Assembly: GCA_008012175.1 (NCBI GenBank)
Contig: SSEF01000020.1
Span: forward strand, 24,002-88,001
Reading direction: 5' to 3'
Length of the DNA: 64,000 nt
DNA from: Candidatus Moraniibacteriota bacterium
GTDB lineage: Bacteria; Patescibacteriota; Minisyncoccia; Moranbacterales; UBA1568
Below the pieces are notes generated by a model. That model ran no database searches, was not told the origin of the DNA, and saw only the letters and a program-made list of their open reading frames with translations. Position numbers and translations under genes: made by a program. Below are positions 18,192 to 28,378 of this stretch, one piece after another (positions within the stretch are counted from its first letter, which is position 1; every line of letters starts with the position of its first letter).

Positions 18192-18644
18192 TTATTGGTC
18201 GAATTTCTCCAGGACGCGACGAAAACCGCGAGCCGACCCGAACGATTGATATACACTTGCGAAACGGATATAGGCCACCTCATCGACATCCTTCAACTTG
18301 TCGAGAATTATCGTGCCAATATCCCGGCTTGCGATCTGATTTTTCTTCGCTTTCTCAGCGACGGTGTACTCGATCGCACCGATGAGTTTTTCCATCCGGC
18401 CCTGATCAAACGGCCGTTTCTCGAACGCCTTCCGGAGGCCCGTTTCGATCTTCTTCCGATCGTACGGCTGGTGACTACCATCCTTCTTCACGACTGACAC
18501 GCGGAACAGTTCGGCCTGCTCATACGTCGAGAAGCGTGCCTGGCAAGACAGGCACTCGCGGCGGCGGCGGATGACGCGTCCCTCGAGCGTCTCGCGCGAG
18601 TCGGTCACTTTCGATTCCGGATGATTGCAAAACGGGCAGCGCAT
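18192..18644 (-). CDS. nrdR: Transcriptional repressor NrdR
   Basis: MRCPFC..SKVTDSR..IRRRRECLSC, ATP cone, VAYIRFASVY. Confidence 0.97.
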   Translation of the reverse strand: MRCPFCNHPESKVTDSRETLEGRVIRRRRECLSCQARFSTYEQAELFRVSVVKKDGSHQPYDRKKIETGLRKAFEKRPFDQGRMEKLIGAIEYTVAEKAKKNQIASRDIGTIILDKLKDVDEVAYIRFASVYQSFGSARGFRRVLEKFDQ

Positions 18645-18759
18645 AGTAAGAAAATAGTGTGTCCCTCACTCTAGCAAATCGGGCTAAAAAGAAAAGGCCG
18701 CCCAGAGTGATACTCAGGCGGCAGAACGTTAGAACACGCAAGAATCGGCACTCTGTGAT

Positions 18760-19728
18760 TCAGAGCCGACGTGGTGGCTTCGGTCTCGGAACAACCGTGA
18801 CCACACGAGGGGCACCCTTTTTGTCAGGATAGTAATCCTTCGAGAGTACAGTCTGATCACAGCGATTCTCAAGCGGACACAGGGCACAGCTCTGTCGATA
18901 GCGTCTGAGTACGGATGGATCACTCCAGTCCGCATCCGGGTCATTGACTGCTAGGCGGCATGCCTCGCGCGAGAGCACGAAGAGGAGCTCCGAAAACAGT
19001 ACCGGGTCCATATCAAGAAATTGGTCAAGATATGACCGACCGATAGCGTCCCCAACCGCTAGGATCGGCTTCGGCGAATACGAACCCTCTGAGAGCCCGA
19101 TCATGCCCGTACTGATGAGCACTCGCAAGTGATGAAAGTCCACTGGAAACGACATGCTAATCCGCGGAATGAATCCCGCCCGCATGAGGTTGATGGAGAG
19201 GAGCGCGCACATCTTTTCCTTGAATGCGTAGAAGCCCCGATCCCGCGGCAGGAGATCATATCGCTCCTTATTTATCACCCGGGCCCGCACTTCGGCCTCA
19301 GTCGTCACCCCCTCATACACGTTGAGGATATCGCCATCCCAACCAGCAATGAGAGTTTCAGAGTTGCGCCGCCAAGCCTCACCATAACGTTGATGCTCCG
19401 GCACCGTCACGAACACATACTCAAGCCGCCGATCAATTTCAGACGCCGAGAGCTTGGCCGCACGGTATGGATCAAAGAGTTCGGGATATTTCTTCCGAAG
19501 CTCGATCGCCCGCGCAGTCGCCATATGACTCCGCACCTTCCCCCGAAGGAGATGAGTGACAAAGAACCAGTCATTGGCTGTCCAATCAGAAAGATCTTTC
19601 GGATCCACCATATGGTGGGGTACTCTGGCCAGATGTTCTGGTAGATAAGGAAACTCGTAGTCTTCACGAGCCGGAATAAGAAGGGCGAAATTACCACGGA
19701 CCCTTCGCCAATTGGTAACGATCTCCAC
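18760..19728 (-). CDS. Divergent HhH-GPD / endonuclease III-like protein
   Basis: HhH-like GFYAFKEKMCALL, PVDFH (PVDxH-like) and C-terminal C..CALCPLENRC; GTG start with a G-rich RBS; upstream TTGCCA-16-TATAAT. Confidence 0.6.
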   Translation of the reverse strand: MEIVTNWRRVRGNFALLIPAREDYEFPYLPEHLARVPHHMVDPKDLSDWTANDWFFVTHLLRGKVRSHMATARAIELRKKYPELFDPYRAAKLSASEIDRRLEYVFVTVPEHQRYGEAWRRNSETLIAGWDGDILNVYEGVTTEAEVRARVINKERYDLLPRDRGFYAFKEKMCALLSINLMRAGFIPRISMSFPVDFHHLRVLISTGMIGLSEGSYSPKPILAVGDAIGRSYLDQFLDMDPVLFSELLFVLSREACRLAVNDPDADWSDPSVLRRYRQSCALCPLENRCDQTVLSKDYYPDKKGAPRVVTVVPRPKPPRRL

Positions 19729-19896
19729 GATACCCCCCTTCGGAAGCAGTTTGGTTGCCTCTGATTATACCGGAAAAATGCCTGTTGGCAAGAGTAGCCT
19801 CTGGGAGAAGAAATCTAGCGTTCTCCCTTTGATAGAAAAGAGTTGCTTCCGAAAACCCGAGGAACGCCCTGGGTAGATCGACGGGCAAGAAGACCG

Positions 19897-21093
19897 TTAC
19901 TGCTTTCGGATGGTCAGAGACCGCATCAGAGCATTCAGCTGGTTGGGACTCGGGTCCAGATCACCATCCTTCCGCAAAAGATCAAACGAGCCCTCGATGC
20001 AGTCCTTTTCAAAACAATGCTCGTCCTTTCTGAGGTATTCTCGCAGCGCTTCCGAATAGAGCTCCTGTTGGAAATAGGCAAAGAACTTACCATCCTTCGA
20101 TATGCCCTGGAAGATATAGGTCGGCTGCTGCGCCGGGTCATAGGCCTGGAAATATCCTGCGTGGAGGTAGCCAACCCCATCGAAGTAGTCGCCCCGGATG
20201 ATTTGGTCCCGGTCGAGGCGACGCATCCCGGCATTGACCGGAGGAAAAGAAAAGAGTTTGCTCTCATCATCGGAAGAAAGTTTCTTACTGCCTCTGAGGT
20301 ACTGCTCCAACTTCAGGATATGCTCATAGAAATACGGGAGCGGCTCGCCGTTGCGGTGGCGCGCGAGCGCGCTGATATCGTAGATGCGGAGTTCACCTTC
20401 GGTACGAATTAACTCGTCTTCAAATTTCGTCCGCAGATAGCCGGGCTCATCGAGTTGCCATGGGACTTGCTTGTCTTCCAGATTGCCCGACGAAGGCCTC
20501 ACTGTCTCGGCATTGCTCGGGCCCCCACCTTTCCAGAGGATGTCTTCGCGGATGAGCCGCGTCTCCCCGAGGAGCTCTCTGTCATAGGCAGACACCTCGA
20601 CGAATTCTTTGTGTGGCGTATCCAGTATCTCGATGGTAACGAGTTCCTTCCCCGGTTTTTCGGGGACATAGGCCGCCACATACAGGTTCATCCCCGCTTC
20701 GGTCTGAGGCGTCGTCGCGAGCACGCGCTCGCCACTGGCTCCCGACACCGTGATGCGCACCTGGGCCGGATCGAATTTTGCGAATTCGTTCACGCCCGCC
20801 CCGATCGGGACACTCGTCCCCGTCGCAACCGTCATCTGCACTGGCGTATCATCATGGTCCGTCGGCGGTGAATACCCCCACTGGTCGAGGAGGAACCAGT
20901 AGCTCGGCGGCAGGCTCGCCGTATATGCGGCGGCCCCGGTGAGTTCTTGTCCTGCCTGATCGGTGACCGGCTCGATCACGGGCGTGTTCTGGTCGAGGAG
21001 CGAGGCGGAGTAGAGGAAAACGCCAGCGAGCACGAGTATCGTCAGTCCGGCGAAAAGGATTTTCTTTTGTTTCTGTTCGGCTTCCATGACCAC
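19897..21093 (-). CDS. Hypothetical membrane-anchored exported protein
   Basis: 398-aa ORF, single N-terminal TM (ILFAGLTILVLAGVFLYS). Confidence 0.75.
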   Translation of the reverse strand: MVMEAEQKQKKILFAGLTILVLAGVFLYSASLLDQNTPVIEPVTDQAGQELTGAAAYTASLPPSYWFLLDQWGYSPPTDHDDTPVQMTVATGTSVPIGAGVNEFAKFDPAQVRITVSGASGERVLATTPQTEAGMNLYVAAYVPEKPGKELVTIEILDTPHKEFVEVSAYDRELLGETRLIREDILWKGGGPSNAETVRPSSGNLEDKQVPWQLDEPGYLRTKFEDELIRTEGELRIYDISALARHRNGEPLPYFYEHILKLEQYLRGSKKLSSDDESKLFSFPPVNAGMRRLDRDQIIRGDYFDGVGYLHAGYFQAYDPAQQPTYIFQGISKDGKFFAYFQQELYSEALREYLRKDEHCFEKDCIEGSFDLLRKDGDLDPSPNQLNALMRSLTIRKQ

Positions 21094-21848
21094 TTAAGAA
21101 TTTGTTTTCCTAACAATTTCTTTTATTAGTTTAAACGCTGGCTTATAGATCGATAATAGTATTGCATCACAGTATCCATTATTCTTCTTTATTGTACCTT
21201 TCCACTTTGATCTCTGCATAGTAAATAAGATTTTTTGGAATGTCCTATACTTTTTCTGCTCAGCTAAGTTTTTTTCACGCTGTGCCAAATGCTCAAACAA
21301 TTCGAGTCGGTAAAGCTCCCCGTCGTAGTAATTTCTGTCGTGCACATGGCTACCTCTAGTATTAATTAGTGGCTCCAAAGTTTTTGAAAATCCTTTAGAG
21401 CATCCTTCAGTTCCATTTCTAAGGCAGCGCTACAGTCGAGCTTTCTAGATTCTCTTCTTAGAAAAGAAACGAGTTTTTCAGCTCGCTTTTCAAAAATATA
21501 AACGGAGGAGAGATAATTTCCAATATGGTAAATGAACTGCTGGATTCTAGACATTCCATCTTTCCTTTTCTCTAACCCCCGTTGATACGAAGACATTATT
21601 ATAGGAAACCTCTCAAGCTGGGTTCGAGCAGACTCTAGTTGAGCAACCCTGTGACCGAACTCCTGCAACACCCGCTCTTTGTTTGTCAGTGGGAAGTTAA
21701 CGTCTTTCTCATCATGAGTTGAAATTGACTTGATAACTGATTTGGTAACACGTTTACTAGAAAAGAAATGATCAACTATAGCATTTTTTTCTTTCTTCCA
21801 TTTTTCAAAACTTTCTCTTTCTTTTTTCTCTTTTTCCTTTTGATTCAT
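21094..21848 (-). pseudogene. Frameshifted HEPN-domain gene (Cthe_2314-like), split into ORFs 21366-21848 and 21094-21378
   Basis: One extra A in the A5 run at 21381-21385 would join them into a 251-aa ORF containing YHIGNYL and RGSHVH (Rx4H); visibly AT-rich. Confidence 0.65.
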
Positions 21849-21865
21849 AGGATTTCCATAATATA

Positions 21866-21889
21866 CAAAAAGCGCCCCGTAGGGCGCTT
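21866..21889 (-). terminator. Intrinsic terminator after ftsZ
   Basis: AAGCGCCC-tacg-GGGCGCTT followed by TTT. Confidence 0.8.
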
Positions 21890-21892
21890 GGA

Positions 21893-23167
21893 TTATTTCT
21901 TCATCTTGCGGCGGATGAAGGCCGGGATCTCCAGGTCTTCTTCCTCGACGATGTCCTTGGACTCCTGCCGGAGGCTGAACGACTTCGGCTGGATCTTCTC
22001 TTCGATGATGAGCGGGGTCGGCTCGATCTTGCGCGACGTAAAGACTTGCGGCTCGTTCATTTCTTCCATCTCCTCGGCCGGCTCCTCGCGGCGATAGCTC
22101 GGGGTGTAGGACGCCGGAGTCTGGTTCTGCGGCTGGTTCTGCTGAGTGAGGGAACCGATAGTCGGGCTCTTGGCGCGGTTCACGAGGCCGATCGGCATCT
22201 CCTTTATCTTGCCTGAGTCGAAGCCAGTCGCCACGACCGTGATCTGGATATCGCCTTTCCGAATCTGCTCGTCCACGACGGCGCCGAAGATGACTTTCGC
22301 GTTCGGATCGATGTTTTCGGTGATGATATTGGCCGCCTCGTTGATCTCAAGCATCCCGATATCAGTCGAGCCAGAGATATTGAAGAGTACGCCCTTGGCC
22401 CCGTCGATCGAGAGCTCGAGGAGCGGGCTGTTGATAGCAGCGCGGGCCGCCTCGACGGCGCGGTTTTCACCGCTCGCGATACCGATACCCATGAGGGCGC
22501 TGCCAGAGTCCTGCATGATGGCACGGACGTCCGCAAAATCGACGTTCACGATACCGGGGCGGGTGATGAGGTCCGAGATGCCCTGCACGCCCTGGCGGAG
22601 CACGTCATCCACGATACGGAAGGCTGAGATAAGAGTGGTTTTTCGGTCAATGATAGAGAGGAGCTTGTCGTTCGGGATGGTGATGAGGGTGTCGACGCGA
22701 TCCTTCAGATTATTGAGTGCTTCCTCAGCGATAGCCCGGCGCTGCGAACCCTCGAAGGCAAACGGGCGCGTGACGACGCCAACGGTGAGCGCGCCGAGCT
22801 CCTTCGCCGTTTCTGCGACGATCGGGGCCGCACCGGAACCAGTGCCTCCGCCGAGGCCACAAGCAACGAACACCATATCGGCGCCCTTCAAGACTTCCTG
22901 GATCTCATCGCGGTTTTCCTCCGCCGCCTGGCGACCGATTTCCGGATTCATGCCGGCGCCGAGACCTTTGGTTAAGTTTTTTCCAATATGAACCTTCTCT
23001 TGGGCCTTTGAATGATGGAGTGCCTGCGCATCGGTATTGATAGCAACGAACTCGACGCCCTTGATCTTGGCATCAATCATCCGCGAAATCGCATTGTTCC
23101 CAGAGCCACCAACACCAACGACTTTGATTTTGGCAAATGTTTCGATGTCAGGTTTGATCTCGGCCAT
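21893..23167 (-). CDS. ftsZ: Cell division protein FtsZ
   Basis: GGGTGSG tubulin signature, NVDFADV, C-terminal IPAFIRR. Confidence 0.99.
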   Translation of the reverse strand: MAEIKPDIETFAKIKVVGVGGSGNNAISRMIDAKIKGVEFVAINTDAQALHHSKAQEKVHIGKNLTKGLGAGMNPEIGRQAAEENRDEIQEVLKGADMVFVACGLGGGTGSGAAPIVAETAKELGALTVGVVTRPFAFEGSQRRAIAEEALNNLKDRVDTLITIPNDKLLSIIDRKTTLISAFRIVDDVLRQGVQGISDLITRPGIVNVDFADVRAIMQDSGSALMGIGIASGENRAVEAARAAINSPLLELSIDGAKGVLFNISGSTDIGMLEINEAANIITENIDPNAKVIFGAVVDEQIRKGDIQITVVATGFDSGKIKEMPIGLVNRAKSPTIGSLTQQNQPQNQTPASYTPSYRREEPAEEMEEMNEPQVFTSRKIEPTPLIIEEKIQPKSFSLRQESKDIVEEEDLEIPAFIRRKMKK

Positions 23168-23301
23168 AGGGGCTCAAAGTCTAGCAATCGCCTAATTAGA
23201 AAAACATCCCGCGGACGCCGGGAGAAAGACGGGCACCACCCGGAGAAACGCTTGATGCACCACTCTATCACGCGGAATTGTGAAGTGTCAAGAAAGCAAT
23301 T

Positions 23302-24570
23302 TCAGGGAAGAAATCGCCTAAAAACCCCTTTGGCCCTGCTGAATGTGCTGCTCCAATCCCCTGGCAACTTATTCAGAAGTTGCGAAGCGGCACCAAAAGA
23401 GAAGCGATCATTCATGTCGTTCTCTTCAGCTGAAAGAAGTAGCAATCCGACGACCGTCGCCGAGGCGGGCCCATCCACATGATCGAGAATGCCGCCCAAA
23501 GGCTTTGGATAACCGATCTGAGCCGGAAGCCGCAAGGTTCGCTTGGCGAGTTCGACCGCACCCGGAACGAGCACACCGCCGCCGGTAAGAACAACTCCGG
23601 CCGGGAGCAGCGCTTCACGATTGATGCTCTTGAGTTCGAGATTCACGTAGTGGAAAATTTCTTCGAGCCGTGCCTCGATGATCTCGGATACATGGTGACG
23701 CGAAATTTCGTCATTCTCCTGAGAATCGAATTCTGAAAGCGGGATCGATTCCTTCTTACTGATCTCGGAAGGAATCGCGTGTCCGTACTGGAGCTTCACC
23801 GCTTCAGCAACATCGATCGAGGTCCGGAGACCAATTGCGATATCGCTTGTAATATGGCTGCCACCAACCGGGAGCACTGCAAGATGAAGCAGGTCTCCAT
23901 CTTCGAAAATGGCAAGGGATGTTGTATTGGCGCCAATATTCACGATGACAACGCCGAGCTCTTTCTGTTTTGCGCTCAGGATAGCCTCGGCTGAAGCGAG
24001 CGGTTCAGCGATAAAGTGACGGGCCGAGATGCCAGAAAGCTCGAGCGATCGGATGAGGTTTTTGAGATGATTACTCCCCGTCCCAATAACAAGACTTGAG
24101 AGCTCGAGCCGAACCCCTCGAAGACCAACAGGGTCTTTGATTCCTCCCTGATCATCAAGCCGGTAGTGTTGCGGAACGACATGCAAAATCTCCTTGTTCG
24201 GTCCGAGGACGGTGCGCGCCTGGGTTTCTTCGATAATGCGGGACAGATCGTCCTCTGTCACTTCGCCGTCTGCCTTTCCGACTGCAATGACCCCGATGGC
24301 TGAACTCGCAAAAAGATCAGCGCCGGAAACAGAACATGCAACCGCATCAACTGCCGTGCCTGCCATGCGTTCAGCTGCTTCAAGCGCGGCATTAATGGAC
24401 TTGGCCACCTCCTCCGGCTGAACAACAATCCCTCGACGGATACCAACGGACGGCGCAGTTCCAACTCCGATGACTTTTAATGGTCCGTCATCATACGGAA
24501 GCTCGGCAACAACCGCACGGATTGTTGCGGAACCGATGTCGAGTCCGACAGTGTAGTGTGATTTCGCCAT
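23302..24570 (-). CDS. ftsA: Cell division protein FtsA
   Basis: VGLDIGS, PVGGSHITSDIA, IIEARLEEIF, GVVLTGGG; upstream of ftsZ. Confidence 0.96.
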   Translation of the reverse strand: MAKSHYTVGLDIGSATIRAVVAELPYDDGPLKVIGVGTAPSVGIRRGIVVQPEEVAKSINAALEAAERMAGTAVDAVACSVSGADLFASSAIGVIAVGKADGEVTEDDLSRIIEETQARTVLGPNKEILHVVPQHYRLDDQGGIKDPVGLRGVRLELSSLVIGTGSNHLKNLIRSLELSGISARHFIAEPLASAEAILSAKQKELGVVIVNIGANTTSLAIFEDGDLLHLAVLPVGGSHITSDIAIGLRTSIDVAEAVKLQYGHAIPSEISKKESIPLSEFDSQENDEISRHHVSEIIEARLEEIFHYVNLELKSINREALLPAGVVLTGGGVLVPGAVELAKRTLRLPAQIGYPKPLGGILDHVDGPASATVVGLLLLSAEENDMNDRFSFGAASQLLNKLPGDWSSTFSRAKGVFRRFLP

Positions 24571-24663
24571 AGGCCATTTAACAGCACCAAAAGAGGCAGA
24601 GCGAGAAAACGCTCATGCGGCTCATTATACAGGAAGAAAAAGATACCGGCCACCGCCTCGCAC

Positions 24664-25011
24664 CTACGTGATGTGAGGAATGAAGACAAGTAAGCCGACA
24701 ATCAGGGCTCCAAGCGCCGAAATCAGCACCGCACCAGCGACAAGGTCCTTGATAACTCGAACATACGGATGCACGCGCGGCTTTGTCATATCGAGCATCC
24801 GTTCGAATGATGTATTTACTAGTTCAAGCGACATGACTAGAACGGTAACCAACACTAGGATGGATCGTTCATCGGATGTTAAGGGAAAATACCAGGCAAG
24901 AAACCCGACTACCAACGCAAATGCGAACTCAATATGGAAATTCCTCTCCTCCCGGATGGCATAGCTTATGCCGGCAAAGGCGTGATAAAAGCTTTGGAAA
25001 AATTTACGCAT
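24664..25011 (-). CDS. dgkA: Diacylglycerol/undecaprenol kinase family protein
   Basis: AFAGISYAIREERNFHI, ELVNTSFE, IKDLVAGAVL. Confidence 0.88.
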   Translation of the reverse strand: MRKFFQSFYHAFAGISYAIREERNFHIEFAFALVVGFLAWYFPLTSDERSILVLVTVLVMSLELVNTSFERMLDMTKPRVHPYVRVIKDLVAGAVLISALGALIVGLLVFIPHIT

Positions 25012-25036
25012 AGCAGTGAGTTTTCTTCTTTGTTCA

Positions 25037-25498
25037 TCAACGGTCCGGCGAAAAAGCGTCGACCACGTCGTCCTGAATCTGAAACATCTGCTCCTCATGA
25101 TCGAAACCGACCAAATGAAGAACGCCATGCGAGAAGACATAGGTGAACTCGCGCTTCCATGATACACCATCCTCCTTAGCCGAACGAGCGATAAACTCCG
25201 GCGAGAGCACAATCTGGCCGAGATTGATCGGACCGGCCGGAGCCGCGAGGATAGCCCGGAGCCCTTCGAACTGTCCGAAAGAAAGAACATCGGTCGGTTT
25301 CGCTTTCTTGCGATAGTCACCGTTTAGCTTGGCGATCTCGGTATCGGAGACGCAGGCAACGTCAACCTTGACCGTCCGGGCTGCATCAAAGACCTGCGGG
25401 AACGAGCGCTCGAGCGTCTCGCGGACGATTGCCCGGAGAAAAGAAAGCGAGAGCCCGCGCAGGCTCCCCTCTCCATGGATCGTCATCCGGATCCGCAT
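25037..25498 (-). CDS. ybeY: rRNA maturation RNase YbeY
   Basis: PTDVLSF, HGVLHLVGFDH. Confidence 0.95.
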   Translation of the reverse strand: MRIRMTIHGEGSLRGLSLSFLRAIVRETLERSFPQVFDAARTVKVDVACVSDTEIAKLNGDYRKKAKPTDVLSFGQFEGLRAILAAPAGPINLGQIVLSPEFIARSAKEDGVSWKREFTYVFSHGVLHLVGFDHEEQMFQIQDDVVDAFSPDR

Positions 25499-25504
25499 AA
25501 CGCG

Positions 25505-25957
25505 CTATTTCAATTTAGCCGAGACGAGTTCTCGGACCAGGTTACCATCAGCGGCACCGACCGTTTCCTTCATGACAGCGCCCATGACGCGGCCCATGTC
25601 TTTGACCGTGGCGTCCGGCATCGCCGCGAGAACTTTCTCCACTGCTGCCTCGACCGCTTCGCGCGAGAGCTGTGCCGGGAGATAGGCTTCAATGAAGACG
25701 AGCTCGGCTCGCTCTTTCTCGACGAGGTCGGCGCGGCCGGCGGCCTGGTACTGAGCAATGCTGTCCTTTCGCTGCTTCACGAGCTTCTTGGCGACCGCCT
25801 CAACTTCGGCATCGGTGAATTCAGCCACCGGCTTCCGGGCCTCGATGGCAGCATTCTTGAGCGCGCTCTGGAAGAACCGGAGCGTATCGCGCTTCACGAC
25901 CTCGCCTGCCTTCATGGCAGCCTTCAACTCGTCGCCAATCTGTGTGATAAGAGCCAT
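25505..25957 (-). CDS. GatB/YqeY domain protein
   Basis: LKAAMKAG, KQRKDSIAQY, YLPAQLS, KDMGRVMG. Confidence 0.93.
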   Translation of the reverse strand: MALITQIGDELKAAMKAGEVVKRDTLRFFQSALKNAAIEARKPVAEFTDAEVEAVAKKLVKQRKDSIAQYQAAGRADLVEKERAELVFIEAYLPAQLSREAVEAAVEKVLAAMPDATVKDMGRVMGAVMKETVGAADGNLVRELVSAKLK

Positions 25958-25990
25958 AGGCTTCTTTGGTATAAAAAATTTTCTCATCTC

Positions 25991-26116
25991 GGGTGGATGT
26001 ATCCGTTTGGGCGGGATGCGAGGCGGCGGCGAGGCGCGGAGTAAGCTGTATTCGGGAATACAGTATCGAGCACCAGAGCCGCCAACGACGCAGCCCGCCA
26101 AACGGGACATTCACCT
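25991..26116. repeat. Long imperfect palindrome (REP/MITE-like)
   Basis: GGTGGATGT..CCGTTTGGGCGGG arms pair with CCCGCCAAACGG..ACATTCACC; apex CTGTATTC-gg-GAATACAG. Confidence 0.65.
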
Positions 26117-26366
26117 AGCGGATCTTCTTCTTGATGTCGCGGAGGGCTTCATCATCGAAGCGGCCGAGCTTCTTCAAGCGATTGATTTCCTTGCGGATCT
26201 TCACTTTATAGAGCGCTTCATCGCGACGCTTCGGACGGCTCTGCTCTTCCTCGCGGAAGCGCAATTTTCGGACGCGCTTCAGGACGCCGGACTGCTGGAC
26301 ACGGCGGGAAAACCGGCGAATGAGCGCTTCGGCCGTCTCTTTCTCTTTTCGTTGGATATAGATCAT
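26115..26366 (-). CDS. rpsU: 30S ribosomal protein S21
   Basis: Basic protein, RKEKETAEALIRRFSRRVQQSG; adjacent to yqeY as is typical. Confidence 0.8.
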   Translation of the reverse strand: MIYIQRKEKETAEALIRRFSRRVQQSGVLKRVRKLRFREEEQSRPKRRDEALYKVKIRKEINRLKKLGRFDDEALRDIKKKIR

Positions 26367-26462
26367 AAGGACCTCCTTTCTGGTCTGACGCGATTACTCT
26401 TCGAGAGAGCTCGCGTGCCCGGGCTCGTTCCAGGACGGAACGGGTGCGGACACGGGAATCCT

Positions 26463-26816
26463 CTATTTGCTGACTGGACGGATGCTCTCGGTGAGCCGCG
26501 CCCCGCCGAAGAGGTGGAGGTGGAGGTGTTGGACCTCCTGCCCCCCATGCTCCCCCACGCGAAAGAGCAGCTTATACCCTTTTTCCGAAATTTTCAAGTC
26601 TCGAGCGATATCCCGGGCGATCCGGAACATCTTTCCTACAATCTTTTCATCCTCGTCCTCCATCTCGGCGATCGAAACGATCCGCTTCTTCGGGACAATA
26701 AGGACGTGCACCGGGGTCGAACGATCGACATCAGGAAACGCCATGACTTCATCGTCTTCATAGAGAAAGGTGGCTGGGATCTCCCGGTCGCGGATTTTCT
26801 CGAAGACAGTCTTCAT
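26463..26816 (-). CDS. Histidine triad nucleotide-binding protein
   Basis: VFEKI..REIPA, GGQEVQHLHLHLFGG. Confidence 0.93.
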   Translation of the reverse strand: MKTVFEKIRDREIPATFLYEDDEVMAFPDVDRSTPVHVLIVPKKRIVSIAEMEDEDEKIVGKMFRIARDIARDLKISEKGYKLLFRVGEHGGQEVQHLHLHLFGGARLTESIRPVSK

Positions 26817-26836
26817 ATGCTTGTTATTTGTCTCGC

Positions 26837-28342
26837 CTAGCGCTTATCATGATGGCGTTTCTCCTTTTCAAGACGCTCTTTTTCTTCCTCTTCTTCGTCA
26901 TCCTCGCTCGGCTTGGGGAGCGGGATACCATTCGGACCCATGAGCGCAGTATTGGCTTTCAAGATCTTCTTGGCTGCATCGACAAGCTTGTCCTGCATAA
27001 CCGTCTCCTGCGTACCGGACACCATGTCCTTCACGATGGCAGTGCCGTCAAGCGCCTCTTTCTGGCCGATGATGATAGTTACCTCGACGCCGAGGCGGTT
27101 CGCGACGCGGAGCTGGCTCTTGAGTGTTCCGCGACCAAACGATTCTGCGATGAGGATACCATTCTTCTCAAGGTCAGCGAAGAGGCGGAGCGATTTCTTC
27201 TTTGCCATATCGCCAAGCTGCGCGAGGAAGACGCGCGGCTTCGGCTCAACGTACGGCTTCACCTGGGTGCGCTTCATCTCGAGGATGATGCGGTCGAGGC
27301 CAAGGCCGAACCCGATCGCCGGTGTTGGTTCGCCGCCGAGCATCTGCACGAGCCGGTCATAGCGCCCGCCGCCACCGAGAGAATAACTCCGGCCCTCTTT
27401 GTCGGTCGAGCGGATCTCGAAGACAGTACGGGTGTAGTAGTCAAGCCCACGGACAAGCCGGGTATTGATCATGTACGGAAGCTCGAGCTCGTCGAGATAC
27501 TCAAGCAGGCGCTTGAAATGATCGCGTGATTCCTGATCGAGGTAGTCGAGAGACTGCGGTGCATGCGTTGTGATCTGGATGCACTTCTCTTCCTTGCAGT
27601 CGAGGATGCGCATCGGATTCGTCGTAAGGCGCTCCTTGCAGTTCTGGCAGAGGCGATGCTTCTGACTCTCCAGATAGCGGACGAGGACCTTCTCATAGTC
27701 GCGGCGGGATTCGGGCGTACCGATGGAGTTCACCTGGAACTCGATATTCTTCAATCCGAGGTCTCGGACAACGCGGAACGCGAGCTGGATCACCTGGGCA
27801 TCGAGGATTGGATCTTCTTCGCCGAAGACGTCAAAATTGGCCTGCGTGTGTTCGCGATAACGACCCTCTTGCGGCCGATCATAGCGAAAGAGGGAGCCCA
27901 TGGAGAAGAGTTTGATCGGCTTCGGCAGGACGCCCATCCCATGCTCAATATAGGCGCGGCACAGTCCGGCGGTCATCTCGGGGCGGAGCGCGACCCGATC
28001 ATTGCCACGCGTATTGAAGACGTACATCTCTTTGTCGATGATATCCGTACCTTCACCGAGCGTACGTAGATAGAGGTGGGCATACTCAACCATCGGGAGA
28101 TCGATGCGACGGTATCCATATTCGATCTGCGCATGCGAGAGAATACGACGCACCCTTTCCCAATACGGCTGTTCGTCCGGCAAGATGTCGCGCATACCAC
28201 GGAGCGCCTGGAGAAGCACTTCCTCTTGGGGCGCAACCGGGATAGCCGCGGCTGGTTTGGCGGATCTCTTTACAGCTGAAGCCTTAGCCTTCTTTACGGC
28301 TGGAGATTTCTTCGGAGCTTCCGTCTTTGTCGACTTGGCCAT
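26837..28342 (-). CDS. hisS: Histidine--tRNA ligase
   Basis: RGMRDILP, LRPEMTA, FRYDRPQEGRYRE, LVRGLDYY, GGGRYD. Confidence 0.98.
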   Translation of the reverse strand: MAKSTKTEAPKKSPAVKKAKASAVKRSAKPAAAIPVAPQEEVLLQALRGMRDILPDEQPYWERVRRILSHAQIEYGYRRIDLPMVEYAHLYLRTLGEGTDIIDKEMYVFNTRGNDRVALRPEMTAGLCRAYIEHGMGVLPKPIKLFSMGSLFRYDRPQEGRYREHTQANFDVFGEEDPILDAQVIQLAFRVVRDLGLKNIEFQVNSIGTPESRRDYEKVLVRYLESQKHRLCQNCKERLTTNPMRILDCKEEKCIQITTHAPQSLDYLDQESRDHFKRLLEYLDELELPYMINTRLVRGLDYYTRTVFEIRSTDKEGRSYSLGGGGRYDRLVQMLGGEPTPAIGFGLGLDRIILEMKRTQVKPYVEPKPRVFLAQLGDMAKKKSLRLFADLEKNGILIAESFGRGTLKSQLRVANRLGVEVTIIIGQKEALDGTAIVKDMVSGTQETVMQDKLVDAAKKILKANTALMGPNGIPLPKPSEDDEEEEEKERLEKEKRHHDKR

Positions 28343-28378
28343 AGAGGTGGCGTTAATGAGAAATAGTTTCGAAAAAAT

